Origin: Felis catus
Lineage: Eukaryota
NCBI RefSeq assembly: GCF_018350175.1
Contig: NC_058368.1
Coordinates: 152,708,001-152,772,000, forward strand
Direction of reading: 5' to 3'
DNA length: 64,000 bases
In this document: piece after piece, positions 62,142 through 64,000 of the stretch
How the letters are laid out: each line of letters opens with the position of its first letter
How positions within the stretch are numbered: position 1 is the first letter of the stretch
Translations under genes and position numbers: made by a program
The notes under the pieces: model-generated
What the model was told of the DNA's origin: nothing
Database searches by the model: none
Seen by the model: only the letters and a program-made list of their open reading frames with translations

Positions 62142-62751
62142 ATTCTGAGAAACCATGGAGCTCTGTCTCAAGTGACTTTGCTTTGGAGCATAGACTCTGA
62201 TCCTGATGGTGATCTTGCCTTTACCTCTGGCAATGTCACATTTGAGATTGGGCAGAAGAGTGTCAACATCACAGTGGAAATACTTCCAGATGAAGATCCA
62301 GAACTGGATAAGGCCTTCTCTGTGTCAATCATCAGTGTGTCCAGTGGCTCTTTGGGAGTTCACACTAATGCCACATTAACAGTTTTGGCTAGTGATGATC
62401 CTTGTGGGGTCTTCATCTTTTCTGAGAAAAATAGGCCTATCAAAGTTGAAGAAGCAACCCAGAATATCACACTATCAGTGATAAGGTTAAAAGGCCTCAT
62501 GGGAAAAGTCATAGTCACATATGCAACACTGGATGATATGGAAAAACCACCTTATTTTCCACCCAGTATAGCCAGAGCAACTCAAGGAAGAGACTATATG
62601 CCAGCTTCTGGATTTGCTCTTTTCAGAGCCAATCAGAGTGAGGCAACCATAACTATTTCAGTTTTGGATGATGATGAACCAGAAAGGTCGGAGTCTGTGT
62701 TTGTTGAACTCCTCAACTCTACTTTAATAGAGAAAGTACAGAATCGCCCAA
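62142..62751 (+). CDS. ADGRV1: ADGRV1 coding exon (~exon 28), 610 nt, phase 0-1
   Basis: ttctag|ATT..CAA|gtaagt; ORF 62172..62759 with two Calx-beta repeats. Confidence 0.97.
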
Positions 62752-64000
62752 GTAAGTAACCACTAGTGTGTTTTTATTATTATTATTGAGGTAAGAATCC
62801 TAAAATAATAAATTAAGAATTGGGTATAGCAGAAATTTCTCTAAAAATAGTAAGCTCTGACTCTGAAAGCATCATCATACAAAAGTTGACCTATAAGGCA
62901 AATGGAAGTGGGACACTTGAAAACAAGAAGTCATGTTCTACAGGTCTCTAATGTTCCCAGACTAAATTTTTAAAAGCTTCTATGTAATCCTGTGCGAGTG
63001 ACCTTTAGTACTATTGTATTATGTATTACAGCTTCAAAATCATTCTAGAATTAATCTGGGGATTTCAGGGACAGTCCTGGTAGTAAGTAAGATCCTGAGC
63101 CTCCCTCACTTTGATCCACTCTGGAAGATTCCCTAACTCATGTAGCCTCTTTGGTGATGAGTATGTAGATCCAGCAACTGCATGAGGGGAGGGGGACAGG
63201 ATTGTGTAGCAGTAAGAAATCCTGTAAATTTGTGAGTCACTGAGAGTTGAGAAGAAGGCACTAGTTAGGGATAAGAATGAGGAGTGACGCACGTTGGGCA
63301 GAGGATCTGGTGCAGCAACTTCTTTTGAAAAGTAGCAGCCACTCCCCTTGGGGTTGTGGCTCAGTGGCTTTGTAGAGAGTCTCGTGGCTACTTGTAGAGA
63401 GCATGCCTGATGCTTGCAGAGCTGAAAGCGGTTATTGTGTTAATATCTCTCTAAGCGGCCATGTAACTTTTAGAAACGTGTTTTTAAATAAAGAGAAAAA
63501 TCTAGAATTCCTGAAATAAAGGAACAAGGAAGATTAGTGACATTAATTTGGTATTAATTTAACATCAGTTTTATGGCAATATTTATAAGAAAACAAAACC
63601 TTCTTAAGGAAGCTAGAATTACATATTCCAAAAGTAATATTCCAAGAGCTACATGTTGACTGTGTTTTGCCATATAAATTAAGTTTTCTCATAAATAAAT
63701 TTCTTCACCTTACTGTAATACCTAGATGGATATACTGTATAGTGAGCAGCATTCTTGTCCACAATGTAAGTAATTGTAGTCCAGGATTATAGAAGGAAAT
63801 TTACTTTATAGGACAACTGCTCACATTAAATGTTCAGATTACAGTCAAGGTTAAAATTCTCACACAATACCCCATCCCTTTTTTTCTTAACAAGATTTAA
63901 GATTAGTTAAAATTTGTAATACAACCCAGTGATTAATCTTATTAATTAAGAATTTAAAAAATGCCTTGTTTTCAAGGAACTCACAGTTTATTGAATAAGA

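Noticed and set aside
63170..63460. GC-richer patch with TGACGC, possible internal promoter
   Set aside because: Too few CpGs and no core-promoter arrangement I can support
1..64000. CRISPR array, operon or prokaryotic defence system
   Set aside because: Sequence is a spliced mammalian gene; no regularly spaced repeat-spacer structure

Overview
Mammalian, AT-rich genomic DNA, most likely from a felid, since the many tRNA-derived CanSINEs resemble the cat SINEC_Fc type. The whole window lies inside ADGRV1 (GPR98/VLGR1/USH2C) on the + strand. I traced 24 consecutive AG..GT-bounded coding exons (26..62751) with compatible phases, joining into 5821 nt of frame that encodes tandem Calx-beta repeats and a laminin-G/pentraxin-like domain. 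Exon sizes match my recollection of human exons 5-28; that numbering is recalled, not derived from the window. Introns carry about 27 CanSINEs, MaLR LTRs, an ERVL-type pol relic, a Charlie-like hAT fragment, L1/L2/MIR relics and microsatellites. Best observations: (1) an antisense RPS23 retrocopy with two junctions spliced but a 121-bp GT..AG intron still present (semi-processed pseudogene); (2) a frame-preserving 81-nt exon encoding an acidic Ser-Gly-Ser-Gly glycosaminoglycan-type motif, flanked by splicing-regulator motifs; (3) a 35-nt tailless U2 snRNA retrocopy with an 18-bp target-site duplication; (4) weak donors with nearby stops that could give secreted short isoforms. I found no support for a wholly new biological system. 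Repeat boundaries are approximate.
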